From Mesotaenium endlicherianum (Eukaryota), in contig WELA01001729.1 in assembly GCA_009602735.1 (NCBI GenBank), forward strand, positions 106,827 through 126,826: DNA of 20,000 bases. The letters run 5' to 3'. A program made the position numbers and the translations under genes. Below, piece after piece: positions 9,046-19,106 of the stretch. The first letter of the stretch is position 1, and every line of letters begins with the position of its first letter. Below the pieces are notes generated by a model that was given only the letters and a program-made list of their open reading frames with translations, searched no databases and was not told where the DNA came from.

Positions 9046-10499
9046 GGCTGGTCTTTTCTCTCGACCTTAGGCAGGTGCTTGACCGGACACTGTTCTCTGT
9101 AGTGGCCTTTCTGCTGACAATGGTAGCAAGTAGATTTTGCTGAGGCTGGTCTCGGCTTAGTCCTACCACCACCCCTTCCATAGCCACCTCGAGAGGGACC
9201 ACCTCTACCTCTAGACTGAATAGCATTGTACTCATACTCATATTCATCACCCTGATTATCCTCAGCCTGGTCTCCTTCAACTGCATTGTAGGAACCGTGG
9301 GGCTTTTTGACAATCTTAGACACCAAAGCGTTACTCTGGCGCTTGTGATTGAACTGCTGCTGATCCCAGGCGTCAGCATCCTGGATCAAGTCAGCCAGTT
9401 TCTCATACTTTTTCTCAGCAAAATGACCAGAGACCTCGGATTTCAAGCCATACCTGAAGTATGCTATCCTATACCGTTCTGGCAAATCAGGCTGCTTCAT
9501 CATGTTCTCTTGGAACTTTTGAGCAAACTCAGCAACTGAAGTGGTCTGCTTCAGTGTCAGGGAGATCATCGCATAGATAGCTTTCTCCTGCTGGTTGATG
9601 ACATCAAACTTCTCATGCAACTTCTCGACAAACTCTACCCACGTAGGGTCACCGAGTTGCCGAGCCTTACGCTCTTCCTTCCAGTAAAGCCACCAGTCTG
9701 CGGCACTGCCTTTCAGTAGCGCACCGGTGTGCCTGACCTTCTCGTAATCTTGCAGTTCTGGGTAGTTCTCCAGCCACTGCTCAACATCCGCGAGAAACTT
9801 GATCAGGTAATATTTTCTGTTTCCCTCAGGATCATAGTCCTGGGGAGGTTTCGGCTTGGGCTTACTAGGCCCTCGGCCACCACCACTAGTGGTGTGAGAC
9901 CCCAGTTGGTCTCTGTCCCGGAGTAGGGACATTATGATTCTTTTGTCCTCCTGCTGGGACTGATACATGGTCGCCATTTGCGACTGCATCTGAACGAACA
10001 ATGCTCCCAAGTCTACATTTTGGGGTGGTAGATTAGCAAATGCAGCAGCAGCATTGGCATCTACTCGCTGAGTAGTGTCCTCAACAATCCCTCTTGCTCC
10101 TGCAGCAGCAATTCCTGCCGCATTCAGCCGGTCACGTATTTGACCTAGGGGTACATTGAGTTGTACGGCAGGAGGTGGGTTCAGAACATTGGCCCTTGAT
10201 GCCATAAGTTCTTCAACAGTGCGCTCGTCAGCTGGCTGTCCTTCCCTCCTTTGTATATCTTCAGCGGCCTTTGCTACTTGTTCAGCTTCTAGTCTGGCTA
10301 TCTCCTCCTCAGCTTGCTGAGCTGCGACTGAGGCAATAGCAGCTGCCTCATCTGCAGCCTCCCTAGCTGCAGTATCCGCTACTGCTTCCGAATAGGTACG
10401 GTTTCCCGCTACATGGCTTTCCGCCTGGTTTTCGACATTCTCGTTATCCTGGTTCTCCATGTCTCGGGAGTTGCTAGTTTGAGACCTTGTCCTTACCAT
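9021..10499 (-). CDS. gag: Gag polyprotein (492 aa)
   Basis: Retrotransposon capsid-like region ([36 protein letters not shown]), an RGG-rich segment, and a CCHC knuckle [14 protein letters not shown]. Confidence 0.95.
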   Translation of the reverse strand: MVRTRSQTSNSRDMENQDNENVENQAESHVAGNRTYSEAVADTAAREAADEAAAIASVAAQQAEEEIARLEAEQVAKAAEDIQRREGQPADERTVEELMASRANVLNPPPAVQLNVPLGQIRDRLNAAGIAAAGARGIVEDTTQRVDANAAAAFANLPPQNVDLGALFVQMQSQMATMYQSQQEDKRIIMSLLRDRDQLGSHTTSGGGRGPSKPKPKPPQDYDPEGNRKYYLIKFLADVEQWLENYPELQDYEKVRHTGALLKGSAADWWLYWKEERKARQLGDPTWVEFVEKLHEKFDVINQQEKAIYAMISLTLKQTTSVAEFAQKFQENMMKQPDLPERYRIAYFRYGLKSEVSGHFAEKKYEKLADLIQDADAWDQQQFNHKRQSNALVSKIVKKPHGSYNAVEGDQAEDNQGDEYEYEYNAIQSRGRGGPSRGGYGRGGGRTKPRPASAKSTCYHCQQKGHYREQCPVKHLPKVERKDQPLKDSNSQ

Positions 10500-10520
10500 A
10501 CAAAGAAGACTGTGATAACT

Positions 10521-10532
10521 GCTCCGATACCA
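10521..10532 (-). promoter_or_regulatory. Primer-binding site, tRNA-iMet type
   Basis: Minus strand TGGTATCGGAGC, 1 nt after the CA of the 5' LTR. One difference from the canonical plant TGGTATCAGAGC. Confidence 0.9.
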
Positions 10533-10533
10533 C

Positions 10534-11284
10534 TGAAATGAATCGACTTACCAAATAGGCGATTAACAATTAATAAAGATCTTTATATCAGCAAGTAATC
10601 TTTATGGTAATTTCCGTTAACTGGTTAAACGGCAAAGGACAATACACTAGCAGTGAATAATACTCGTAAGTCAAATGCGAGTAAACTAGCATCAATAATG
10701 CAAATCAGTAAACTCATACATAAGCAAGGTTAGAAGACAGTGCGTATCAATGGCTTCTCGCCTTGGATTCAGATCTCTCTCAGTAAGCTGTACAAGAGAG
10801 TTGGCCTCGTTTCCGAATGCCGAACTCGAGAGCAATGCCTAGCATATGTACATGGAATGAGTTTACTGTTCAACGGTCAGTGCGATGGCACCGCCTACCC
10901 GGGAGTTAACCACGTTGGTAGGACCTCGGTTAACCAAATCCACCGCCATCTCCCATCATCCCGAATAGCCATCCATCATGGGGATGTCATCTGGCCATTC
11001 ATCTAGCAGGTCGTACTTAGATGCATATCAAGGCAGTTCGCTGCTACCGAGCACGGAAGTCAGCTGGCTGTCAAAGAATGTGTCAGCAAGCTGACTTAAG
11101 TTGACTTCAGCCTGTTGCGTTCGGCCGAGTCATTAAACTGATAATTATGTAAAGTCCAGCAGACTGACTATTAACTAAAGTAAAGTCCAGCAGACTGACT
11201 ATTAACTAAAGTTCAGCAGGCTGATCTTAATTAACTATTATATTTAAATGAATATTATATCCACTAATATACTGATTCATTACA
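10534..11284 (-). repeat. 5' LTR (751 bp)
   Basis: TG...CA direct repeat of 2460-3178, adjacent to the PBS. Contains a private 31-bp tandem duplication. Confidence 0.95.
11149..11212. repeat. 31-bp perfect tandem duplication in the U3 part of the 5' LTR
   Basis: TAAAGTCCAGCAGACTGACTATTAACTAAAG x2. Single copy in the other two LTRs. Confidence 0.95.
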
Positions 11285-13090
11285 CCTATGCTTTCTTGTT
11301 CTTGCTGTGTATGACTCCAGTAAACCTGTGCAGGTGGTTACTGACGTTTTTTACTTTGCCATGGGTGCTATTTTGTTACAACCTGCTGACAAACCACAAA
11401 GGATTTTTTATTTAGTGCATGATAAGAAGCTGTTGGCAATTATTAATGTCCTCAAACAGTGGAGAGCACACTTACATGATAAGGCTTTCAAGGTGTCAAC
11501 AGAAATCTGGCTCTGACTCATTTTTTAGTGGAATTCCAAGCTGTCGAGGAGGGAGGATTGCTGGAGCTAGATGCTGGAGCAGAACCAAATCCAGATCGAC
11601 TACAAACCAGGGAAGTTGAATCCTGCTGATGCACTCTCTAAAAGACCTGACCTGCAAGAAAGGAACTCTAATCAGCATGCTGTAGATAAAGTTATTGGTA
11701 ATCACGTCACTTAAGGTGAAAAATCCCTTATCTTGAATAACTTAGAAAAGCCTAGTTTTCTAGCCCAACATTTGAGCCCAGCCAAACAGTTGGTGTGTGT
11801 CCCGCTACTTCACTCGGTTGTAGGCTGAAAAGAGGGGTCTGGGTAATTAAACTTAGGAAGGCTCAAGTAGGTGATTCCTAATAACTTGGAATTAAGGTCT
11901 TTATTCCTTAGTCACGCTCATGACAGTTTACTGGGTGGACATTTGGGGCAGGCCAAAATTGTGGGCATATTGGCAAACTTTACCACTGGGAAGGGTTGCC
12001 TCGAGAGGTCTTTAAATATGTTAGGTCCTGTGATCCTCGTCAAATAATTAAGTCTAGACACACACCATCCGGGGGGCTATTGCAACCACTATCTATCCCA
12101 GCTGGACGATGAGACACCATATCCATGGACTGGGTGATAACACTACCAAGAACTGCCAATGGGCATGATTCTATACTGGTAATAGTGGATAAATTGACAA
12201 AAATGGTCATTTTCATCCTCACAATTGTCAAGGTGACTGCACTCAAAACTGCGAGACAGTTGTATAACCATCTTTGCCAATATGGATTACTCTCCAATAT
12301 CATCTCAGACAGAGACTCAAAGTTTACCTCCAAGTCCTGAAGAGCCTTAATGGGGTTGATGGGAGTCAAACAATTGCTCAGCACAACAAACCACCCTTAC
12401 ACTGCTGTGCAAACTAAAAGAACTAATCAAATTTTGCAGGAGGTGCCGAGAACTTATATTAATACAAGATAATTGGGATGACTTGAAATTGAATTTGCGG
12501 TTAACAATGCGGTGCATGCGTCAACGGGAAAGACTCCTTTTGAACTCCGTCTGGGTAGGGTCCCTAAGTCTCCTTTAGATGTGGTAGAGGAGTCTTTAAC
12601 TCATCCTTAGAAGATTGACAATCCGGTGTTTCTCCAGTCAACTCAGGAATTTGCTGACCCCCTGTTTGAAGTCCAGCAGAACTTGTACAAAGCACAAGAA
12701 ACCCAATTAAAATATGCCAATCAACACCATCGGGAGCTGACATTGTCTAAGGACGATTTGGTCAAACTGCTTTCTCAACACCCGTACCTGCCTGGTGTGG
12801 TCAAGAAAAAGCTGGGGCCAGTCTGGATGGGTCCATACTTGGTGGTACGCCAAGTTGGTCAGAATGCTTACAAACTGCACATGTCAGCGGAATATAAGGG
12901 TCACTCCGTCTTTAATGTCTCTTTTCTAGAACCATACATCAAGGGTGACACAGTGTTCACAGGTCGGTTACCTGTGCAACCAAAACCAGTCCCCGCTATT
13001 GGAGACACTTGGGAATACAAAGACCATTTGGTCAACGCAAAAGGGGCGTTGAAATGTTTCTATGTCTAGGAAGCCGATAGACCACCTTAA
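11285..13090 (+). pseudogene. pol: Decayed family-1 pol (RNase H-integrase; chromodomain core deleted)
   Basis: Fragments [31 protein letters not shown] and KKKLGPVWMGPYLV match the intact pol. Many stops, frameshifts and deletions; PVPAI joins directly to GDTWE. Confidence 0.92.
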
Positions 13091-13436
13091 CTGCCATTTC
13101 AATAGACATGGGAAGGTGACAGGGCGGTTGTTTCTCCATTTAAGTTGGAGGGAAATGTGACAGTTAAGTGTCACCATAGTGACAGATGTGACAACCAGGC
13201 CCACCTTGAGCAAAGTTGGAGGGTGTCCACCACTTGGAAGGAGGGAGGGACCAGTACATGAACAAATCACTCAACTCACCCTGCACACACATACCTTCGT
13301 TTATTCTCATCACGCTACAGCTCAATTAACTCCTAGTACCCACTCTGTAGAATAAGGGAACAACTCTGCTGTAATAATACAAACTTACTCCTCTTTCTGC
13401 ATCTATTGTGACAATGAATGATATCCTACTAACTTG

Positions 13437-14880
13437 CTGCGGAGGAAGAAAGAAAGAAGGAGGAAGCTAAAAGGCAGAAGAGCGTGGCCACTTACAGATA
13501 TACTGTGGTGGATGGCCAAATCTTTGATAATGTGAAGGAGACACTACTGGCAGTCCAGGATATTAATCGAATTGCCAAGCAAACAGTGTTGCGGAAGCAG
13601 GGAGCTGAAGCTCGGGATAGGTATATTGAGACACGCACTGGGGTTGTCCTCTACAAAGATTATGCCAAGATGGTGGGGTATATAGCGGAGCAGGCGCGGT
13701 TCTTTGCTGATAACTTGGAAGATAAGCCAGTACCAGTACCTGGCATAGTGGAGGATCAGTGGCTCATCGAAATGGTGAGCATGCAGCCCGATGGCTTTAA
13801 CGATGTCTTGTTTTCCCAGACGTTGCTGCCAGCCTACAATGAAGTTGAGAGAAGGAGCTGGGAGTACTTGGCCAAGAAAACACGACAGCAGATGTTCTCT
13901 CCCCATGTTCCCTTGTAAGCTGAAAAATGCTAAACATGGGCCACAATACTACCAGCAACCTACAAACTGGAGGTGGATGATCGTCCCTAACAGGAAGCAG
14001 CACTGTGAACGGGCCCACCCGGATGATTTCCACTATGGGCTGGACGGTTAGCTTATCCTGCCACCTCACATTGCTCTTTGGGACTTCAGGCTTAATGGAT
14101 GCCCGAGTAACATGAATGAGAAAACCAAGGAGAACAAGAGGAGAGGACAGGACTACTTCTCTAAGGGGAAGTATGCCTTTGTTAAATGGGCAAAGAATGC
14201 AGGCTGGATAGATATCAGCAAGTTGAAGGCCAAGCAACCCCCAGCTCATCCTAACAAAGGGGGGTCACTAGATTTCTCCATGTCTACCAGGGAGCAGGAT
14301 AACTTGGTAGATGAGACCCCTACCCTCTCTGAGGAGAAGGATGAGGAGGATGAGGAGGATGAGGAAGCGGAACAGGGCAGGGGAGAAGCATAAACCTCTG
14401 GAGCTCAAGAGATCCGGGGACAGGCAGAGGCAGGAACTCCTAGGGGGCCAAGAGCAGGAGGAAGGACTGTGACTCCTACTGTGGAGACAACGGTACCTCG
14501 AGCTCGATCTCCCGGCCCACCTGCCCAAGCAAAGGAAGAGGCAGAGCTGACTGTACTTGGTAGCAGAGAGAGGCAGAAATCCCCAGAGGACAGAGCTCCT
14601 AGAAGTGGAACTCGCGGTGTGGCCAGAGGTATGCTAGCCACCCCCTCCAGTCAGGGATGTGTGCCCCTTGCCAATGTATTTTAGCATCCTACTGGTTTGC
14701 CTGTCTATGTGGGAATCAACATCCAGGAGGTTGAAGAGCAGGCTGCAATCCTCCGTTCCCCTTGTGGCCCCACTTTAGAGCAGACAGGGTTCTTCAGGAG
14801 GCCAGTCGACAGAACTAGAGGGATGTCCAGGTCTAGGTCCAGATCTCAGTCCCCTGATCCTGGAGCCCCAAGAACATCAT
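13437..14880 (+). pseudogene. Decayed copy of ORF3 (N-terminus deleted)
   Basis: ATYRYTVV, LLPAYNEVERRSWEYLA, HGPQYYQQPT, PDDFHYGLDG, AFVKWAKNAG and GPTLEQTGFFRRP match 3292-4968. Frameshift at ~13905 and stops at 14049, 14391 and 14682. Confidence 0.9.
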
Positions 14881-15009
14881 TTGAAACCATCCTCCGGTCA
14901 AGCCTTGCTGGGGGTCTCTCTGTTTGCTCTCCGCAAAGGTAGTGGACTGAGGGTGGAGGTGACAGTTTACTGCCATTAGTGATCCCCATAGTGATCTCCA
15001 TAACAGTGT

Positions 15010-16265
15010 TGAAACTGGCTGACTTGATCCAGGATGCTGATGCCTAGGATCAGCAGCAGTTCAATCACAAGCGCCAGAGTAATGCTTTGGTGTCTAAGAT
15101 TGTCAAAAAGCCATATGGTTCCTACAATGCAATTGAAGGAGATCAGGCTGAGGACGATGAGAGTAATGAGTACAAATATGAATATAATGCTATGCTGTCT
15201 AGAAGGAGAGGTGGACACTCTCGAGGTGGTTATGGAAGAGGTGGTGGCATGACTAAGCCGAGACCAGCCTCAGCAAAACCTATTTGCTACCATTTCCAGA
15301 AGTTTGGCCACTACAGAGAGCAGTGTCCTAGCAAGCACCTTCCAAAGGTCAAGAGAAAAGATCAGTCCTCAAAAGATAGCAACAGTCAGTAATTCAGATT
15401 ATTGACACTGAAAATGCTAGAGATAGTGAGTCGTCACTAGCTTCCCTCGTAGCAGGTATTATGGGTCCTGCTAAATTGGATTTACTATGCATGCTTGGCA
15501 AATAGATAAAGGAGACTTTCAACAATATAGATTCCCAGAGAGTGCAAACTCTGGATGATCTTGTGTTACCTGATGTCCAACATTTCTTTGCTAAGTCAAG
15601 AGAACATTGCGAAAGTCAGGAAAAGTCAGATTCCCTATCCTACTGCATTGTATGATTGCAGGTAGGAAGGTGAGGGCATTTGTTGACGGAGGGGCGTCAT
15701 ATACTTTTATCCATAAGGACTAAGTTAAGCGGCTAAGGCTGCCTACTGTCACCCAAGGGAACAGAAAAATATTCCTTGAACATGCCTCAAGTATCTCAGG
15801 AGGAGTTATAACCAAGCCTATTGGGGTTCGGATAGGTTTTGGCATTGCGGTCTAACTGAAACGCTTACATTTGACGTACTCAACACTGGGTTTTATGATC
15901 TTGTGCTAGGCAAGTTTTGGCTTAACAGACATCAAGTCAAAATGTGTTGGAGCAGAGGTACAGTTGAACTGAGAGGAGCCAGTGATTGGCAGACTAACTT
16001 GGCACCCACCAGTACTCTTCCTCTTGTCCTGTATGGATGGCAAACGAAGGAAAAGGAGAGGCTTCCAGAAGGATGCAAATTGCTGAATGCAATGGAGTTC
16101 ATCGAAAGTTGGAACCAGAAGGAAGACATAATGTTCTGTCTGCTGCTAAAAGAGGTACCTCCTCAACCTGAAGAAGTGGTTGAGAAAAAAGATAAGCCCT
16201 CTAGAGCTCTCTACTGTTGCAAAAATTGTTGCTCAGTGTATGATGTTTTTAATATGCCTCCAGGA
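15010..16265 (+). pseudogene. Decayed family-1 gag C-terminus, protease and linker
   Basis: [17 protein letters not shown], degenerate knuckle CYHFQKFGHYREQC, FVDGGAS and WSRGTV match 9400-8150 of the intact element. Multiple stops. Confidence 0.9.
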
Positions 16266-16278
16266 TTGCTCCAGGATT

Positions 16279-16370
16279 GGCAAAGGTTTTAAGGTAATTA
16301 CAGATTATCTAGCTCTAACTCACGTTAAGAAGAAGTCCAACCTGTTGAGGAGGAAGACTCGCTGGAGCCA
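16279..16370 (+). pseudogene. Family-1 RNase H fragment
   Basis: GKGFKVITDYLALTHVKKKSNLLRRKTRWS versus [30 protein letters not shown] in the intact pol. Confidence 0.85.
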
Positions 16371-16655
16371 TGTAGTGATACAGATAGATAAAATACTTAG
16401 TAAAACAGAATACTTTATCTATTCAAGACAAGGATCTTTGAACACAAGTGGTAGCTTCTTGAAAGAGAGATGGCTTCTTGAAACTTAATATATTTCTGCA
16501 TTTTGGCAAGTACAAGAGTGATTCTCCAATGTCTTTCTATGTTCTTGCTCTTGTTTATTTACTTGCTAAATAAGCAACTTCTAGGAAGGTGTATGTTGAT
16601 GTGTTGGCACCCAACACATCCCAAAACTTGCCACCTCTTTCTAGAATAATGTACA
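16371..16655 (+). repeat. Repeat X copy 1 (TGTAGT-starting, AT-rich; probable LTR end of a third family)
   Basis: Near-identical to 17308-17592. Begins with TG abruptly within RNase H sequence. Confidence 0.75.
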
Positions 16656-16659
16656 ATAA

Positions 16660-17264
16660 TGTGTGATTTCTTCAAGGAAAGTATTGAATTCTTGGAGCAC
16701 GTTGTCAGTAAGGAAGACATCAATGTGGGTCCTAAGAAAGTCCTGACCAAAAGGGACTGGCCAGTGCCACAGTCTGTCTCGAAAAATTAGATCCTTCCTC
16801 GGGTTGGCTAAATTCATTGAGAATTATTTTACAAAGGCCAGTAAACTGACTGACCTTTCTAAGATGGACATAGGGTATGCGTGGGGGGAAGAGCAGCAAG
16901 CTACCTTCCAGATCCTTAAAGATGCTCTTTGTTTTGCCTTAGTCCTAGCCGTGTATGACCCCAGCAAACCTGTGCAGGTGGTTACTAATGCTACTAACTT
17001 TGCTATGGGTGCTATTTTGTTGCAGCTTGTTGACAAAACCACAAAGGATGAAGATAAAGCGGGAGTGACACCTTGTGCTGCACGTGTCTATGCAATTCAA
17101 TCCAGCTAAGATCAATTTTTCTATTCATAATAAAGAGCTGCTGGCTATCATTCATGTTCTCAAACAATGGAGAGCATTCTTACATGACAAAGTTTTTAAC
17201 GTAATTACAGCTTATCTACCTCTAACTCAAGTTAAGAAGAAGTCCAAGCTGTTGAGGAGGAAGC
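16660..17264 (+). pseudogene. Decayed family-1 RT C-terminus to RNase H
   Basis: [40 protein letters not shown] and [17 protein letters not shown]. Contains frameshifts and a deletion. Confidence 0.88.
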
Positions 17265-17307
17265 GACAACGGACGCATCGTGACAAGACCTTTTCGAAAA
17301 GTCCTAG

Positions 17308-17670
17308 TGTAGTGAAACAGATAGATAAAGTACTTAGTAAAACAGAATACTTTATCAATTCAAGACAAGGATCTTTGAACACAAGTGGTAGCTTCTTGAA
17401 AGAGAGATGGCTTCTTGAAAATTAATACATTTCTGGATTTTGGCAAGTACAAGAGTGATTCTCCAATGGCTTTCTATGTTCTAGCTCTTGTTTATATACT
17501 TGCTAAATAAGTAGCTTCTAGGTAGGTGTATGTTGATGTGTTGGCACCCAACACATCCCAAAACTTGCCACCTCTTTCTAGAATAATGTACACATGTCCT
17601 TTTGACCTAAAAATGGCACATCTGACTTTTGCCACATGGAGTTCTTCTAGGTCTTTCCTCTAACTTCGAA
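17308..17670 (+). repeat. Repeat X copy 2
   Basis: Starts TGTAGTGAAACAGATAG. Direct repeat of 16371-16655 and inverted repeat of 17980-18233. Confidence 0.8.
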
Positions 17671-17979
17671 AATGCCTTGGAAGGTTCAAAGGACATGAAC
17701 CAAGTTACTAGAGTACCTATTCACACTTGACTCCACACAATACTACTCCAAATATATTTGAAAACATTAAAATATATGCGAATTAATATATAATAACTCA
17801 AATCACTACAGCCGAACTCGTCAAAGCGGCGTTCCCCATAACAACTCGCACCATTCTCTCCACCTCTGCGCGCATATATATTTTGAAAACATTAAAGTAT
17901 ATGCAAACTCAAATCACTTTAATGCTTGTCTGGACATGCTCTGTGAAGTGACCTCTCGGCTGGCAATGGAAGCAAATCG

Positions 17980-18233
17980 ATTCGAGGGTAGAGGAAGGAC
18001 CTAGAAGAACTCCTAGAAAGTTCCTAGAAGTTACTTATTTAGCAAGTATATAAACAAGAGCTAGTACATAGAAAGACATTGGAGAATCACTCTTGTACTT
18101 GTCAAAATCCAGAAATGTATTAACTTTCAAGAAGCCATCTCTCTTTCAAGAAGCTACCACTTGTGTTCAAAGATCCTTGTCTTGAATAAAGTATTCAATT
18201 TCACTAAGTACTTCGTCTATCTGTTTTACTACA
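17980..18233 (-). repeat. Repeat X copy 3 (inverted)
   Basis: Reverse complement begins TGTAGTAAAACAGATAG and matches 17308-17522, then 17638-17670. Confidence 0.8.
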
Positions 18234-18841
18234 AAAACTGTTGGCAAATTGGCAAAACATTCAGTGGGAAGGATTACTTCGGAAGGTCTTGAAATATGTT
18301 AAGTCCTGTGATCAGTGTCTTAGCCCTAAAAACAAGGCGGGACACAAACCACCCGAAGGGCTATTGCAACCACTACCCATCCCCGCTGGACGATGGGAAC
18401 CAATATCCATAGACTGAATGATGACACTACGAAGAACTGCCAATGGGCATGATTATATCCTAGTAGTAGTGGATAAATTGACAAAAATGGTCATTTTCAT
18501 CCCCACCACTGTCAAAGTGAGTGCACTCGAAACTGCGAGACGTTTCTACAACCATGCAGTATGCAAACTTGGACTACCCTCATATATCATCTCGGACAGA
18601 GACTCAAAATTCACCTTGAAATTATGAAGAGCTTTAATGGGGTTGAGTCAAACAGCAAACAGCTGCTCAGCACAGCAAACCACCCTCAGATTGATGGGCA
18701 GACAGAGAGTACTAACCGAGTTCTGTAAGAAGTATTGAGAGTATATGTTAACCAAAACATAGATAATTGGGATGACCTGTTGCCTCAAATTCAATTCGCG
18801 GTCAACAGCGCGGTGCTTGCGTCAAAGGAAAAGACTCCTTC
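18234..18841 (+). pseudogene. Decayed family-1 integrase zinc-finger/core fragment
   Basis: [44 protein letters not shown] and [10 protein letters not shown], with several stops. Confidence 0.9.
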
Positions 18842-19106
18842 TGTGAAAGGGGCAAAGTGCCCTAGTGGAAGCGTAGTAACTCACGAGGAAAAAAACTAGT
18901 TGCAATCATGTCAAAGAGTGCAGCGGCACATCACTAAGAAAACTTAGGAAAAATACTCAACATTTGAGTAACAAGAAACTGCTCACAAATGTACTAGGAT
19001 GAAAGGCCTTGTCATTACAAACCCGTAGAAATTTACAGAAGTGAAACTTGATAAGAAACAAGGAAGTTATGCCTATTTATAATTTTCTGCCTAAGTGCTC
19101 CTCCCT

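Larger units (their letters stand above)
2460..11284 (-). mobile_element. Full-length Ty3/gypsy chromovirus LTR retrotransposon (family 1): LTR-PBS-gag-pol(chromodomain)-ORF3-PPT-LTR
   Basis: Two ~720/750-bp direct repeats with TG...CA ends, PBS, PPT, domain order PR-RT-RH-INT, C-terminal chromodomain, and uninterrupted ORFs. Confidence 0.96.

Noticed and set aside
16371..16488. Shared C-terminal peptide (QIDK.LSKTEYFI.SRQGSLNTSGSFLKERWLLE) in two ORFs
   Set aside because: Read-through of decayed RNase H frames into non-coding repeat X.
17752..17918. Two imperfect AT-rich direct repeats (TTTGAAAACATTAAA...AACTCAAATCACT) as a CRISPR-like array
   Set aside because: Only two degenerate copies in a eukaryotic TE context, with no cas genes.
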